A program made the translations under genes and the position numbers. The notes beneath the pieces are model-generated. The model did not search any database and was not told where the DNA came from. It saw only the letters and a program-made list of their open reading frames with translations. A stretch of DNA of 20,000 bases from an uncultured virus (IMG/VR IMGVR_UViG_3300048836_000122) (taxonomy: Duplodnaviria; Heunggongvirae; Uroviricota; Caudoviricetes), in the IMG/VR virus record IMGVR_UViG_3300048836_000122; one strand, given 5' to 3'. Of this stretch, positions 5,456-15,592 are shown one piece after another; position 1 is the stretch's first letter, and the number at the start of each line of letters is the position of its first letter.

Positions 5456-8400
5456 AGGTCAAGAACTGATTAAAATAAATGACACGCTCTATCGTGCCAC
5501 TAAAGACGTACCGATTATCATATCGGTAAACAGCACCTCCGTATATTTAGAAACCACAAATTTCGGCAGAGAACAGGCCAATGTTCCGCTGGACACAATC
5601 CTCGCAAGAGCATGCACTAAATATTTCAAGGCAACCCTTCAAGACGGAAGGGTTTATGCATTTAATAAAGACTTTGTGAGGCGAGTAGCATCCCGGACCA
5701 ACAACCGGTCGTATGTGTATATGATACACACTCCCACAAGGTATGACATTATAGAAAGCGTATCCGTATTGGCACAGCGAATGGCATTATGCGGAGGCGT
5801 AGATGTGTTTGAGTATCAAGAACTGTACTTACAAGGCGATTCATTATACATAACCAACGGAAACGGTGTACCATTGGATAGCATGCTCGAAGGAATAAGC
5901 TACACCGCCGGAACAGGGATAGACATTACCGCTAACCGGATTACAAACACCGGAGACACTAATCCGCTGGATGACGTGCTAAAGACCACAAACCACGACG
6001 GAGACGTAACCGGAGTATATAATATGCTGGTCGTTAAAGATGGGGCTATTACGATAAATAAGCTGGACAGTCTAAACGTGCTTACATGGATCATCGATAA
6101 TTTCCCACTGATTGATTCAACAAGGTTCGACACTACAAACATTCTCACATGGATATACAACCACGTAGATACAACGGATTTAGACGAGCAAACCTTATAC
6201 ATTCAAGGCGATTCGCTCTACATAACCAATGGCAACGGTATTCCATTAGATTCCATCAGAAGTGGCGAACTGCCTGGTGGTGAAAGAGGAGAGACTTTAT
6301 GGTACGATGGAACTGATTGGATTGTAGATAGCTCGATTTACAACGATGGCGCTCAAGTAGGCGTACATGCACCGTTGATATGGCCTGGAACGATGACGGT
6401 CTATGGAGACACGATCATGACATTTTCGGGAGACACGACCTACATGCGAGTGATCACGAAAGGAAACAATATCTGGTTTGACTACAAAGGCGAATGGTTT
6501 ATAATTAAGGATTCTACTGAACTCACGGGAGGTTTTGGAGTCCGAAGTGGAACGCTAAAGCCACGGTACGAAGTAGCTATTCCAGGTCGAATAACCATTG
6601 GAGGCATCCACGACAACTCTACAGGAGAATCAAATGCGATGTTCTTTGGCCAAGATGCCATGACAGGGTCTATTTTAGATGCCGCTCCAACAGGAACATC
6701 TACGTACAACACGATCAAAATAGCTGGACAAATCAACCAGTTCAGCGGAACAGGCGTAACGAGGGGAATTCTAATCCAACCAGCTATCAACGGAGCCGCA
6801 GATTATAGAGGTATAGAAATCGCCAACAGTTCAGGTATAGGCATAAGACAGTCCGGAGAACTTGTCACCAATAGAATATTTGGGAAAACATCATTTGGAT
6901 CACTACTAACCCCAGCGAGAGCAGTACACAACTATGGACAGACCCGGCTACAAACACCGGTCACCGGAGCCGATGGACTTGCCGGGATTCACCTGGCTAA
7001 CGGAGACGTAGCACACGTTGCGTTAGGAGGAGGTCTGTACATGAGTGGAGACACCTTGTATAGCACAGCATTTGGCGACGATGGCTTAAACGGAGAAGGA
7101 GTACCGAATTACCTTGCAAAATGGACCCCGGATTCAACATCACTTGGGATAAGTCAGTTTTATGACAACGGTACCAACATGGGTCTGAACAACACTGCGC
7201 CGGTGCGAAAACTTGATGTAACCGGTGACATGCGAGTAAGTGGATCGGTAGATACGGCATCCGCATCAAAGGTATGGGTCGGAAATGCAGCCGGAGACTT
7301 GCGGAAAGTGAACATGGGCTCAGACTTAATTGTCCAAGGTGATTCCATAAAAGTAGTAGGCGGAGTGGCCGGAGATGGAAGTCCATACTACCTGGCACGA
7401 TGGGCACCAGACTCCACCACTCTGAATACATCCACGGTATATGACAGTTTCAGAGTAGGGATAAACACGAAAGTGCCGGATGCCGCATTAGAAGTGCGAG
7501 GAGACGCAAACGATGTCAATCTATTCAGAATAGCCAGACAAGAAGGAGATAAACTGTACGAAGTGGACAGCACAGGCGCCATGTTCATCGGAAACGCCAG
7601 TACAAGGTCATATATTTACCCATACGGAGGGTCTTCAACGCCAAACATCAACAATAGAGGGATTGGTTTTTATTCAAGATCCACAGTTACGTTGGGGCAT
7701 TATTTCGGAGGAATCAATGTAGGTAATTCAGCCGGAACATATCCATCAATACTTGCAGAAAGGACATGGAACCCGGCATCAGGATCAGGAACATTCAAAT
7801 TACTTGAACTAAAACCTACCATAAACCAAGGCGGCAGCGCAACCGGGCGATCCTATGGATTGTATATCGAGCCAGTGCTTACAAGTTCAGCAGAATGGAT
7901 AGGAGCCTATACAACCGGGACAGACGGCACCGGATTCCTGCAAGAAGGGTCATCCCAGACAAACCGATTTGAAGGGAACACAACCATTGGTTCCGCAATT
8001 GCAGGAGTAAGAACAGGGCAGATTACCGGAGATTTCCGAGTAACAGAGGATGTAGATACTGCAACGGTATCAAACCTTTGGGGGGCGAATACACTTGGCG
8101 ACTTCAATAAAGTATTAATTGGGTCAGGCTTAGACGTGACAGGAGACAGCATCTCCGCAAGTTATTATTGGTCATTGGAAGATGGAGCAGAAGCCACGTC
8201 ATTTTTGGAGGGTGATGTGTTGACAGTACTTGGAACAGGAAGCGTAACAGCTACTTTGGACACAGCAACCAAGACCCTAACTATAAACGGAGCAGGACCG
8301 GCCGGAGATGGAGGAGAAACGAACTTGGGGCTAAATGTTGGCCCGGGTGAAGAAATTTATAAAGGGAAAACCGACACTACGCTGTTGTTTAGGACATTGG

Positions 8401-9947
8401 TGGACCAAGGTATTGCAGAGGTCAACCAGGTTGGAGATTCAGTCATTATAAATGTACCGGCTCAAACATTGTCGGTTAGTAATGATTCAATTTTCATAAG
8501 TTTAGGAAATGGCGTAAAGGTGCCAAATGTTCCGGCAAATGGCACGGTTTTGAATTCGACATTAAGATGGAGCGGATCGGCATGGGTTGAAAACGATTCT
8601 CTATTGGTGAATGCAGACGGAGAAGCCGCAGCCGGGGGAGCAGCGATAAATACAGCAAGGAGCATAGTCACGACCAAGGATGTAGAAATAAATACGATAA
8701 GAGTAGGAACAGGAAACAGCAGTGTTCCAGGTAATACGGCCGTAGGCGTAAGGGCGCTGAACGTGATTGGTGCTTTGGGAGGAGATAATACAGCAATTGG
8801 ATACGAAACATTGCAAGGATTAACAGGAAATGCTTCAAGGAATACAGCTGTGGGCATGGAAGCGCTGAGAACGGCGAATTCCGGCGGTGCCAACACAGCC
8901 ATAGGTCGCCAAGCATTAAGAAGCTCCACAAACGCCTCCGAGAATACAGCATTGGGAGGACTTGCACTATTCTCTACATCAACGAGCGGATCAAATGTTG
9001 GAGTAGGATACGAAGCCGGGCGCACATTGTCGGGAGCAGGGAGGACATTTAATACAGTCATGGGGCATAATGTTGGGCGCAATGGATTGTATGCAAATTC
9101 CACCTTTTTAGGAGCCGCAGCGGGATTCAATTCCAGTTCAAGTAATAGCGTATTTATCGGAAGAAATGCCGGGTTTAGCGTAAACAAGGACTCGACCTTA
9201 CTTATTGACGTGACCAGCGATACTGTTGCGACCATCGTAGGCGATTTCAGAGGCAGAAAAGTAGGTATTAACCGCAACCCTTTCGGGATTGCTCGAAGGC
9301 TGGATGTAGGCGGTGACTTGCGGGTTCGGGATGACGTTGATAGCACCACGGTCACGCAGTTTTGGGCAGGGAACTTGGAAGGCGATTTAAAAAGAATGTA
9401 TATTGGAGATGGTCTTGGAATTGTTGGCGATACGATTAAGGTGACGTATGTTGAGCAGCCTCCAAGTCCATATATTCTAGCACAGAACGAAAGTATATCG
9501 CCATATACAGATACGATTGCAAGTAACAATTCCAAGAATATACGATTTCCAAATATTGGTCCTTCGCAAGATTGGGTGCTGTCAGCCAATCAAATTGAAT
9601 ACCAAGGTTTAGACTCACTTATGTCAAAAATACATGTAGAGGTTGACTTATCTGCATCAAACGGTACCTTGATAGAGTTTCGATTAAGAGCAAACGTATT
9701 TGGAGGCACCTCAATGGACGTGATACATCGCAGAAGAATAAGCCTAAACGGAGATATTACTAATATTTCGTTGGATTATTTGTATGGGGTAGCACCTGAT
9801 GGTCTATTTTGCCCTAGCTCAGGTGCGGCCAGTTTGTTTGATGTCGAGATAACCAATGTGTCCGGAGATCAACGAACATTTACCATTTACACAGCGAGTA
9901 TATCCAATATAAAGGTTGGAGAATACGAACCTACCTGCCCACTTTAA
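5391..9947 (+). CDS. large fibre/adhesin-like protein with signal peptide
   Basis: MKLWRNIVLLVIASFLLSTVTKG|Q signal; QxLxxxGDSLYITNGNG repeats; GINTxxP/LDVxGD fibre motifs; about 10 NTAxGxxAL (YadA-head-like) repeats near 8730-9190; Gly/Thr/Ser rich. Confidence 0.8.
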   Translation: MKLWRNIVLLVIASFLLSTVTKGQELIKINDTLYRATKDVPIIISVNSTSVYLETTNFGREQANVPLDTILARACTKYFKATLQDGRVYAFNKDFVRRVASRTNNRSYVYMIHTPTRYDIIESVSVLAQRMALCGGVDVFEYQELYLQGDSLYITNGNGVPLDSMLEGISYTAGTGIDITANRITNTGDTNPLDDVLKTTNHDGDVTGVYNMLVVKDGAITINKLDSLNVLTWIIDNFPLIDSTRFDTTNILTWIYNHVDTTDLDEQTLYIQGDSLYITNGNGIPLDSIRSGELPGGERGETLWYDGTDWIVDSSIYNDGAQVGVHAPLIWPGTMTVYGDTIMTFSGDTTYMRVITKGNNIWFDYKGEWFIIKDSTELTGGFGVRSGTLKPRYEVAIPGRITIGGIHDNSTGESNAMFFGQDAMTGSILDAAPTGTSTYNTIKIAGQINQFSGTGVTRGILIQPAINGAADYRGIEIANSSGIGIRQSGELVTNRIFGKTSFGSLLTPARAVHNYGQTRLQTPVTGADGLAGIHLANGDVAHVALGGGLYMSGDTLYSTAFGDDGLNGEGVPNYLAKWTPDSTSLGISQFYDNGTNMGLNNTAPVRKLDVTGDMRVSGSVDTASASKVWVGNAAGDLRKVNMGSDLIVQGDSIKVVGGVAGDGSPYYLARWAPDSTTLNTSTVYDSFRVGINTKVPDAALEVRGDANDVNLFRIARQEGDKLYEVDSTGAMFIGNASTRSYIYPYGGSSTPNINNRGIGFYSRSTVTLGHYFGGINVGNSAGTYPSILAERTWNPASGSGTFKLLELKPTINQGGSATGRSYGLYIEPVLTSSAEWIGAYTTGTDGTGFLQEGSSQTNRFEGNTTIGSAIAGVRTGQITGDFRVTEDVDTATVSNLWGANTLGDFNKVLIGSGLDVTGDSISASYYWSLEDGAEATSFLEGDVLTVLGTGSVTATLDTATKTLTINGAGPAGDGGETNLGLNVGPGEEIYKGKTDTTLLFRTLVDQGIAEVNQVGDSVIINVPAQTLSVSNDSIFISLGNGVKVPNVPANGTVLNSTLRWSGSAWVENDSLLVNADGEAAAGGAAINTARSIVTTKDVEINTIRVGTGNSSVPGNTAVGVRALNVIGALGGDNTAIGYETLQGLTGNASRNTAVGMEALRTANSGGANTAIGRQALRSSTNASENTALGGLALFSTSTSGSNVGVGYEAGRTLSGAGRTFNTVMGHNVGRNGLYANSTFLGAAAGFNSSSSNSVFIGRNAGFSVNKDSTLLIDVTSDTVATIVGDFRGRKVGINRNPFGIARRLDVGGDLRVRDDVDSTTVTQFWAGNLEGDLKRMYIGDGLGIVGDTIKVTYVEQPPSPYILAQNESISPYTDTIASNNSKNIRFPNIGPSQDWVLSANQIEYQGLDSLMSKIHVEVDLSASNGTLIEFRLRANVFGGTSMDVIHRRRISLNGDITNISLDYLYGVAPDGLFCPSSGAASLFDVEITNVSGDQRTFTIYTASISNIKVGEYEPTCPL

Positions 9948-9957
9948 ACAACAAAAC

Positions 9958-10308
9958 ATGAAGTACTTATTTTTAATTATCGCATTATTTGGAGCATTCG
10001 GACTAACAGCACAAGTCACGGACGCATCACCAATTGACACCGCCTATGTTCTTGTAGAAACAGGCGAAGTTGAATCAGAACTGTACAGTAGGTTAAACTA
10101 CGTCACAGTATCCGGGGGCTACATAACCCAGGAGCGGACACCTCCGGAGTTAGCCACACCATTTATGGTCCGGCTACTGGCAGATCAAGCGCAATGGGGA
10201 CAAGCAATAACAAACATCGATGCAGAGATAGCGGCATTACAAGAGAAAAAAGCTATCTATGAAGGGATAAAGGGAGTTATTGACGCAACCATAACCAGTC
10301 TCGAATGA
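9958..10308 (+). CDS. exported protein with signal peptide and C-terminal coiled coil
   Basis: MKYLFLIIALFGAFGLTA|Q; ITNIDAEIAALQEKKAIYEGIK heptad pattern. Confidence 0.75.
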   Translation: MKYLFLIIALFGAFGLTAQVTDASPIDTAYVLVETGEVESELYSRLNYVTVSGGYITQERTPPELATPFMVRLLADQAQWGQAITNIDAEIAALQEKKAIYEGIKGVIDATITSLE

Positions 10309-10826
10309 AGTGGTATCAGTTTGAAGATGGGATGCTGCTAAAATTGGCCGCAGCAATAACCGCAGTAGGCGTAATGTTGCGTCCGCTAAAGACAGTGTTC
10401 ACTTATTTGTGGAACACCAAAGAGCGAGTGGATAAGTTGGATGAAATCCACAGGGAGGTTACCGCTGATGGTGGCATGACCAAGCGGCACCAAGAGCTAA
10501 CAGAATCCGTTAGGCACATAGAAGCCTTAACGGTAGCTCAAATGGATTTTCAGACGCTCCCACAGTTTATATGCGATAACACCGGCAGAAACTATTATGT
10601 AAACCATGCCTATGCAAAACTATTTGGAGTATCCAAGGATGCGTTAATGGATTATTCATGGAAAGACTACATCTATACACCCGAATACATGGAATATGTA
10701 GAGACACGCATGAGCGAAGGGAGGCATATTAATTATGAATTCGAAAAATACCTGGTGTCGATGATACCTATCATTTTAAAAACAGGCAAACCCGGATATG
10801 TCGGGACTATTGAAATTAAAAACTAA
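10305..10826 (+). CDS. membrane-anchored PAS-domain protein
   Basis: N-terminal hydrophobic helix, helical linker, then PQFICDNTGRNYYVNHAYAKLFGVSKDALMDYSW, a PAS signature; no output domain. Confidence 0.75.
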   Translation: MKWYQFEDGMLLKLAAAITAVGVMLRPLKTVFTYLWNTKERVDKLDEIHREVTADGGMTKRHQELTESVRHIEALTVAQMDFQTLPQFICDNTGRNYYVNHAYAKLFGVSKDALMDYSWKDYIYTPEYMEYVETRMSEGRHINYEFEKYLVSMIPIILKTGKPGYVGTIEIKN

Positions 10827-10836
10827 ATCACTTATC

Positions 10837-11232
10837 ATGAAAGTAAAATCACTTAACATTTGGACGACAATTATTTCGATCATCATCGGACTACTGTTTA
10901 CATCTCAAGGAATTGAGGTTGACCTGGATCCGGAAAGCATTGCAACAGCCGTGACAACGAAAGAAGGCATGGCATTGATGTTGTATTTGGCAATGAACCT
11001 TGGAACACCCTTAATCAAGACGATCCAGCGTATCAGGACTAAAGGATATGATTGGAGGGCGGCCATTCTGAGCTCAAACTTGATTGCGCACTTAACCACC
11101 GCACTGGCTTTGATATTGTCGATGTGGTTAGATGCAGAAACAACCGGACTTATTATTGGTGTAGTAATTCAAACGGGGAACTATCTGTATCACCGATTTG
11201 GAGGGAAGCCATTACATAAGGCCATAGAGTAA
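10837..11232 (+). CDS. multi-pass membrane protein, holin-like
   Basis: 131 aa with about 4 hydrophobic segments and a basic C-terminal tail. Confidence 0.55.
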   Translation: MKVKSLNIWTTIISIIIGLLFTSQGIEVDLDPESIATAVTTKEGMALMLYLAMNLGTPLIKTIQRIRTKGYDWRAAILSSNLIAHLTTALALILSMWLDAETTGLIIGVVIQTGNYLYHRFGGKPLHKAIE

Positions 11233-11253
11233 GCCTCCTTTGTCCTGTCCTTG

Positions 11254-11284
11254 GCCCGTAGTGCGAAAGCGCTGCGGGCTTTTT
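11254..11284 (+). terminator. intrinsic terminator-like hairpin just upstream of terL
   Basis: GCCCGTAGTGC-GAAA-GCGCTGCGGGC (11-bp stem with 2 G.U, GNRA loop) followed by TTTTT. Confidence 0.75.
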
Positions 11285-11291
11285 GAGAATT

Positions 11292-13379
11292 ATGGAAGTA
11301 CGATATAAAATACCAGAGCATCCTATTTTAGACGATAGCCAATACGTATTGGACTACCGTGGTAAGTCCTATATGACAATCGGAGAGTATAAATGTATCA
11401 TTCCAAGGATGCCGGCTGAGAAGCACTTTTTAAATGCTGGGAGGAAAACTAAAGATCAGAAATTTGAACATACAATTATTCCAACAGGACTGAGAAGATC
11501 CTTTGATGAAGAAAAAATAGTACGCAGGGAGTATCATAGAAGATATCATGGCGTATGGATTATGCTAAACGGATCACCGTACTATATAACAGGCAGAGCA
11601 TACCACTTTTTTAATTACTGGACAACGACTAATGGAAAGCGTCCGGACTTTAGAATGGAAGCCGTAGAGTTCTATACTTTATGGGATGACATTTATATGG
11701 ACTTGGACTGTTATGGGCTTTTGGACATTAAATGCAGACGTTTAGGCGACACCGAAAAAGGACTGCACCTGGCATACGAAGAAATGACCCGTATGCGCAA
11801 CACCACGGTGGGGATGCAGCACATGAAAGAAGACGATGCTCAAAAGAACTATTTAAGGCTTGTCAATGGCCATAAATACATGGCATACTTCTTCCGGCCA
11901 CAATCAAGAGGTTCTACGGCCCCACAAAAGAAATTAGAGCTGCTATATCCAAGCCAAGCAATTACCGCTAAAAATGCCAAGGAAAAAGACTTGTTTGAAG
12001 ATGACCATGTACTCCCTTCATTAGGATCGTCTTGCGACTATGAAGTAACCAAGGTAAGGGCCTATGACGGTCAGAGGATTGAGTTCTATTTCGGAGACGA
12101 GTATGGTAAAATCGATCCCAAGGTAATGAACCAGCTTGAGCAATTGGGTGTGATCAGAAGGTGTATGAGTCTTAATAATGGCCGGGATATTATTGGAAAA
12201 GGCTACTTACCAACAACGGTCGAGGACGTATCGAATGGCACATCAGTAGAAATGATGCAAAAGCTATGGGATTACTCTGCTCCCGTCGAGGAAGGCAGAA
12301 CGATATCTGGACTTCGCAGAATATTCAGAGGATTCCAATTAGCCGCTGAATGCGATGAATACGGATTCCACAAAGTAAAAGAAGCCGAAGAATGGCGGGA
12401 TGAAGAAATACAAAAACTATTGGATGTAGGTGACTTTGCGGAAGTAATTAACTTGCAAAGAAAGCAACCCAAGGACGTTCATGAAGCCCTGCAGATTGCA
12501 GCAAGTGACTGTACCTTGAATCCTCACTTATTAGACCTCCGGTTGATGGAGATTAAAAAAGACCCACCGATCATCCAGGTAGGAAACTTGGAATGGACAG
12601 AAGGATTGGGATCAAATGTAGAATTCATTGCCCATCCAAAAGGCAAGTGGAGGATATCGCAGTTCCCATTAATTAAAAACAAGCGAGTTACTACTGACTA
12701 TGGATATGGACCAGGTAGCGGCCATGTATATGCCGCAGGAGGTGACCCTATTGATTCCAAAGCGAAAAAAGGATCAGAAGGAGCATTGGCCATATATCGA
12801 AAAATGAATATGGCCGCTGAGAGCAAGTGCGAAATCGACGTACATGGCAACATCATTGACACCGAGAACATGGTGACCAATCAGTTCGTATGTACATACC
12901 GCCACCGCCCAGACAACCCGGAGGACTACTTCCAAGACGCTCTCAAAACAGCTATATTCTACGGGGTACCGATCTTCTTTGAATTACAGAAGCCTTATGT
13001 AGTCAATAAATTCCGTGATGCCGGGTTTAACTCTTACCTGGCCAAAAGACCACGAGAAACAATATCAAACGTCAGAGAAAAAAACAACGCTTCAAGACAA
13101 GAAGGCGCAGCGGCTACTGGACCGATCATCAGTCTGTATGTAGATGCCCTCAAAGTGCATATTTCAAAAATGTGGAGGGCCTACAAAGACATTGACCAGC
13201 TAAGGGATTTTCGTAAATTCAACACAGACAACAGAGGGGAGCGAGATTTAACCGTTGCGTCCGGGTATGCTTTATTGTCCGGAATGGACTCAAGGATGAA
13301 AACAGAAATCGAGGACATGGCTAACAGATGGAATGAAGTTCCTTTCAAAAAAATCCCCAATAAACCGGTTCACGCATGA
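11292..13379 (+). CDS. terL: terminase large subunit
   Basis: YYITGxxYxFxNY, Walker A-like KCRRLGDT, Walker B FYFGDEYGK, nuclease motifs AGGDPID, FFELQK and DLTVASGYAL; directly upstream of a portal-sized gene. Confidence 0.9.
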   Translation: MEVRYKIPEHPILDDSQYVLDYRGKSYMTIGEYKCIIPRMPAEKHFLNAGRKTKDQKFEHTIIPTGLRRSFDEEKIVRREYHRRYHGVWIMLNGSPYYITGRAYHFFNYWTTTNGKRPDFRMEAVEFYTLWDDIYMDLDCYGLLDIKCRRLGDTEKGLHLAYEEMTRMRNTTVGMQHMKEDDAQKNYLRLVNGHKYMAYFFRPQSRGSTAPQKKLELLYPSQAITAKNAKEKDLFEDDHVLPSLGSSCDYEVTKVRAYDGQRIEFYFGDEYGKIDPKVMNQLEQLGVIRRCMSLNNGRDIIGKGYLPTTVEDVSNGTSVEMMQKLWDYSAPVEEGRTISGLRRIFRGFQLAAECDEYGFHKVKEAEEWRDEEIQKLLDVGDFAEVINLQRKQPKDVHEALQIAASDCTLNPHLLDLRLMEIKKDPPIIQVGNLEWTEGLGSNVEFIAHPKGKWRISQFPLIKNKRVTTDYGYGPGSGHVYAAGGDPIDSKAKKGSEGALAIYRKMNMAAESKCEIDVHGNIIDTENMVTNQFVCTYRHRPDNPEDYFQDALKTAIFYGVPIFFELQKPYVVNKFRDAGFNSYLAKRPRETISNVREKNNASRQEGAAATGPIISLYVDALKVHISKMWRAYKDIDQLRDFRKFNTDNRGERDLTVASGYALLSGMDSRMKTEIEDMANRWNEVPFKKIPNKPVHA

Positions 13380-15583
13380 AGACATTAAATCAAGATAATT
13401 ACAAAAACGACTACAATAAAGGCAAGCTAAAGCAGCCTAATTGGAATGAGGAAAAAGACGATGCGTTTTTCCTGAAATACGCTCAATGGATATGGGGGCA
13501 GTATTTGGGCGGTGTATGTGGCGTTCTTCCTGATGGTGTAGTGTACAACAAATCAATATCAACACTTCGTGCCTATGGCCGGGGGATGCAGTCGCCGCAA
13601 GTTTACCAGGATTATTTGGACCCGGTAGATAAGAAAGGTGAGCGCCTCATGAATATTTCATGGGATACAGAGAAGATTCTTCCAAACCTACGGGCTGCGA
13701 TAAAGGAGATGGTTCACGAAATCAACCTGGAACCGGATATTGAGGCTGTGGACGAAAGAAGCAAGAGCCGAAAGAAACGTCAGATCACCTACATGAAAAC
13801 TTTGACCGATCCAAAGATCAAGGCCATGGTTCAAAATGTAGGCATTGACCCGGCAGAACTATTACCTGAAGGAGCCTCAAGCGAATTCGACATAGACTTC
13901 ATTGACAAAATGGGCGGTTTTAAGCTCATTGAGGAAATGGAAATAAAGGACATGATCGATAAAACCTTAGAAAGAGGTGGCTGGGATGCGTTAAAAGACA
14001 TGATTGCAGACGACCTGGTTGATGGTCATACGATTGCAATCCACTTGAGAAATATCGGCACCGCATTGATTCCTGAATACGTTGATATCGCCAAAATTAT
14101 AGCCAGGCGATCAAAGTACTTAGACTACCGAGATTCTGATTACATGGGCTTTTGGCAGTCTGTCACATTAAGCGAACTTCGGGAAATGGGCGTTGACGAG
14201 GAAAAATTAACGATGATCGCCAAGAAGTACGCCGGCACGAATAAAAGCGAACACTTAAATTGGGACACAACATATCGAGAAAACTATCTAAGACAAAACG
14301 GCAATCTATGGTACGATGGATTCACGATAGATGTAATGACGTGCTATTTTCTTTGCAAGGATGCAGAAAAATACATTGTCGGTCGTCACAGGAATGGAAA
14401 TGAAATCTACGACAAAGTAAAGCGAGATTCAAAACTTGACGAAAAAGACATAAAGAGGGGCAAGCGATTCGAGGAGCAAGTCAGCACCAAAATGTATCGA
14501 GTAAATTGGGTCATTGGCACCGACTGTGTATTCCTTAGTGGAGAAAACACAAACAACGTATTGGATGAAAACAACACACCGTTGATGCCTATTATAATGG
14601 TAACCGGTGACGGCCCATCCCCGGTAGAGAAAGCAATTTCATTGGTTGACGACATTCACCTGGCTCTTTACAAAATGAGGCATGTGTTATCGAAACTCCC
14701 ACCCGGTCCACGGATGATGTTTGACAAGTCAAAGATGCGCAACGGAGTAAGTTTTGGACAAGAGCAGTTTTCCATGAAGGAGATGCTTGAAATGTATCCA
14801 AAAACCGGTGTATTTTTCTATGAAACAATTGCCGATTGGAGTGATCAATCACTTGGTGGCCAATCAAATCCAATTCAATTCCTTCCATCCGGCATAGCCG
14901 AGGACATTCAAATTTTAGGTCAAGAAATCATGACCAAAACAGAACGATTAAGAACTGTAATGGGCGTGAATGCATTAATGGATGGCAGTTCCAGGCAGCC
15001 CAACATGCTCAAGGGCGTAATGGAAGGACTGGTAAGTTCAGCGAACACAATAAACCGGCCATACAGCAGATTAATGATGACCTTCTTTAGACGGGTTGTC
15101 AGTTTTATAGGGAACTACTGGCGAAACGCCATTGTTTATGGAGAAGACTCAGGCTTTCCACCAGAAGTATTGGAACGCCTGAACAAGTCACAATACAGGT
15201 ACGAGGTCAAATTTGGCATGAATGAAATGGATCGTGAGCTCATGCTCCAGGATTTGATTGCCAAAAGAGACCAAGCGTTGGTGACACCAGACGCATTTAT
15301 CGTAATCTACAACATGATCAAGCGAGGCGACATAGCAAAGGCCCAACTGTACTATGTAAAAGCCGTGAGAGAAGCGGAAGAGAAGGCGCATGCACGACAA
15401 AAAGAACTCATAGAAGTTCAGGCACAAGGCAACCAGCAAGCCGGACAAGCTGTTGAAGAAGCCCGGATAGCAAACGAGCGAGAAATACACGGAATGACCA
15501 TTGATAAGATTGCCAAACAAGCAGATGCAGATATTCGTGTATATCAACAAACAAAAGGCGCCGAAATAGAAAATAATATATAA
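13376..15583 (+). CDS. portal protein
   Basis: 735 aa, ATGA-coupled to terL; LRAYGRGMQS...MNISWD and LRTVMGVNALMDGS resemble portals of crAss-like/flavobacterial phages; helical C-terminus. Confidence 0.8.
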   Translation: MKTLNQDNYKNDYNKGKLKQPNWNEEKDDAFFLKYAQWIWGQYLGGVCGVLPDGVVYNKSISTLRAYGRGMQSPQVYQDYLDPVDKKGERLMNISWDTEKILPNLRAAIKEMVHEINLEPDIEAVDERSKSRKKRQITYMKTLTDPKIKAMVQNVGIDPAELLPEGASSEFDIDFIDKMGGFKLIEEMEIKDMIDKTLERGGWDALKDMIADDLVDGHTIAIHLRNIGTALIPEYVDIAKIIARRSKYLDYRDSDYMGFWQSVTLSELREMGVDEEKLTMIAKKYAGTNKSEHLNWDTTYRENYLRQNGNLWYDGFTIDVMTCYFLCKDAEKYIVGRHRNGNEIYDKVKRDSKLDEKDIKRGKRFEEQVSTKMYRVNWVIGTDCVFLSGENTNNVLDENNTPLMPIIMVTGDGPSPVEKAISLVDDIHLALYKMRHVLSKLPPGPRMMFDKSKMRNGVSFGQEQFSMKEMLEMYPKTGVFFYETIADWSDQSLGGQSNPIQFLPSGIAEDIQILGQEIMTKTERLRTVMGVNALMDGSSRQPNMLKGVMEGLVSSANTINRPYSRLMMTFFRRVVSFIGNYWRNAIVYGEDSGFPPEVLERLNKSQYRYEVKFGMNEMDRELMLQDLIAKRDQALVTPDAFIVIYNMIKRGDIAKAQLYYVKAVREAEEKAHARQKELIEVQAQGNQQAGQAVEEARIANEREIHGMTIDKIAKQADADIRVYQQTKGAEIENNI

Positions 15584-15590
15584 CTTTGTA
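15571..15590 (+). promoter_or_regulatory. putative promoter (-7 box) for the scaffold-capsid genes
   Basis: AAATAATATA-TAACTTTG-TA with TAnnTTTG at 15581-15588 and the same context as 4874-4895; no TTTG -33 box seen. Confidence 0.5.
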
Positions 15591-15592
15591 AT

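Noticed and set aside
8462..9589. 375-aa minus-strand ORF
   Set aside because: It is the antisense shadow of the Gly/Ala/Asn/Thr-rich repeat region of the large + strand gene and has no recognisable motifs.
5391..9947. Diversity-generating retroelement target
   Set aside because: No reverse transcriptase and no adenine-specific template/variable repeat pair were seen; the internal repeats differ mainly at synonymous positions.
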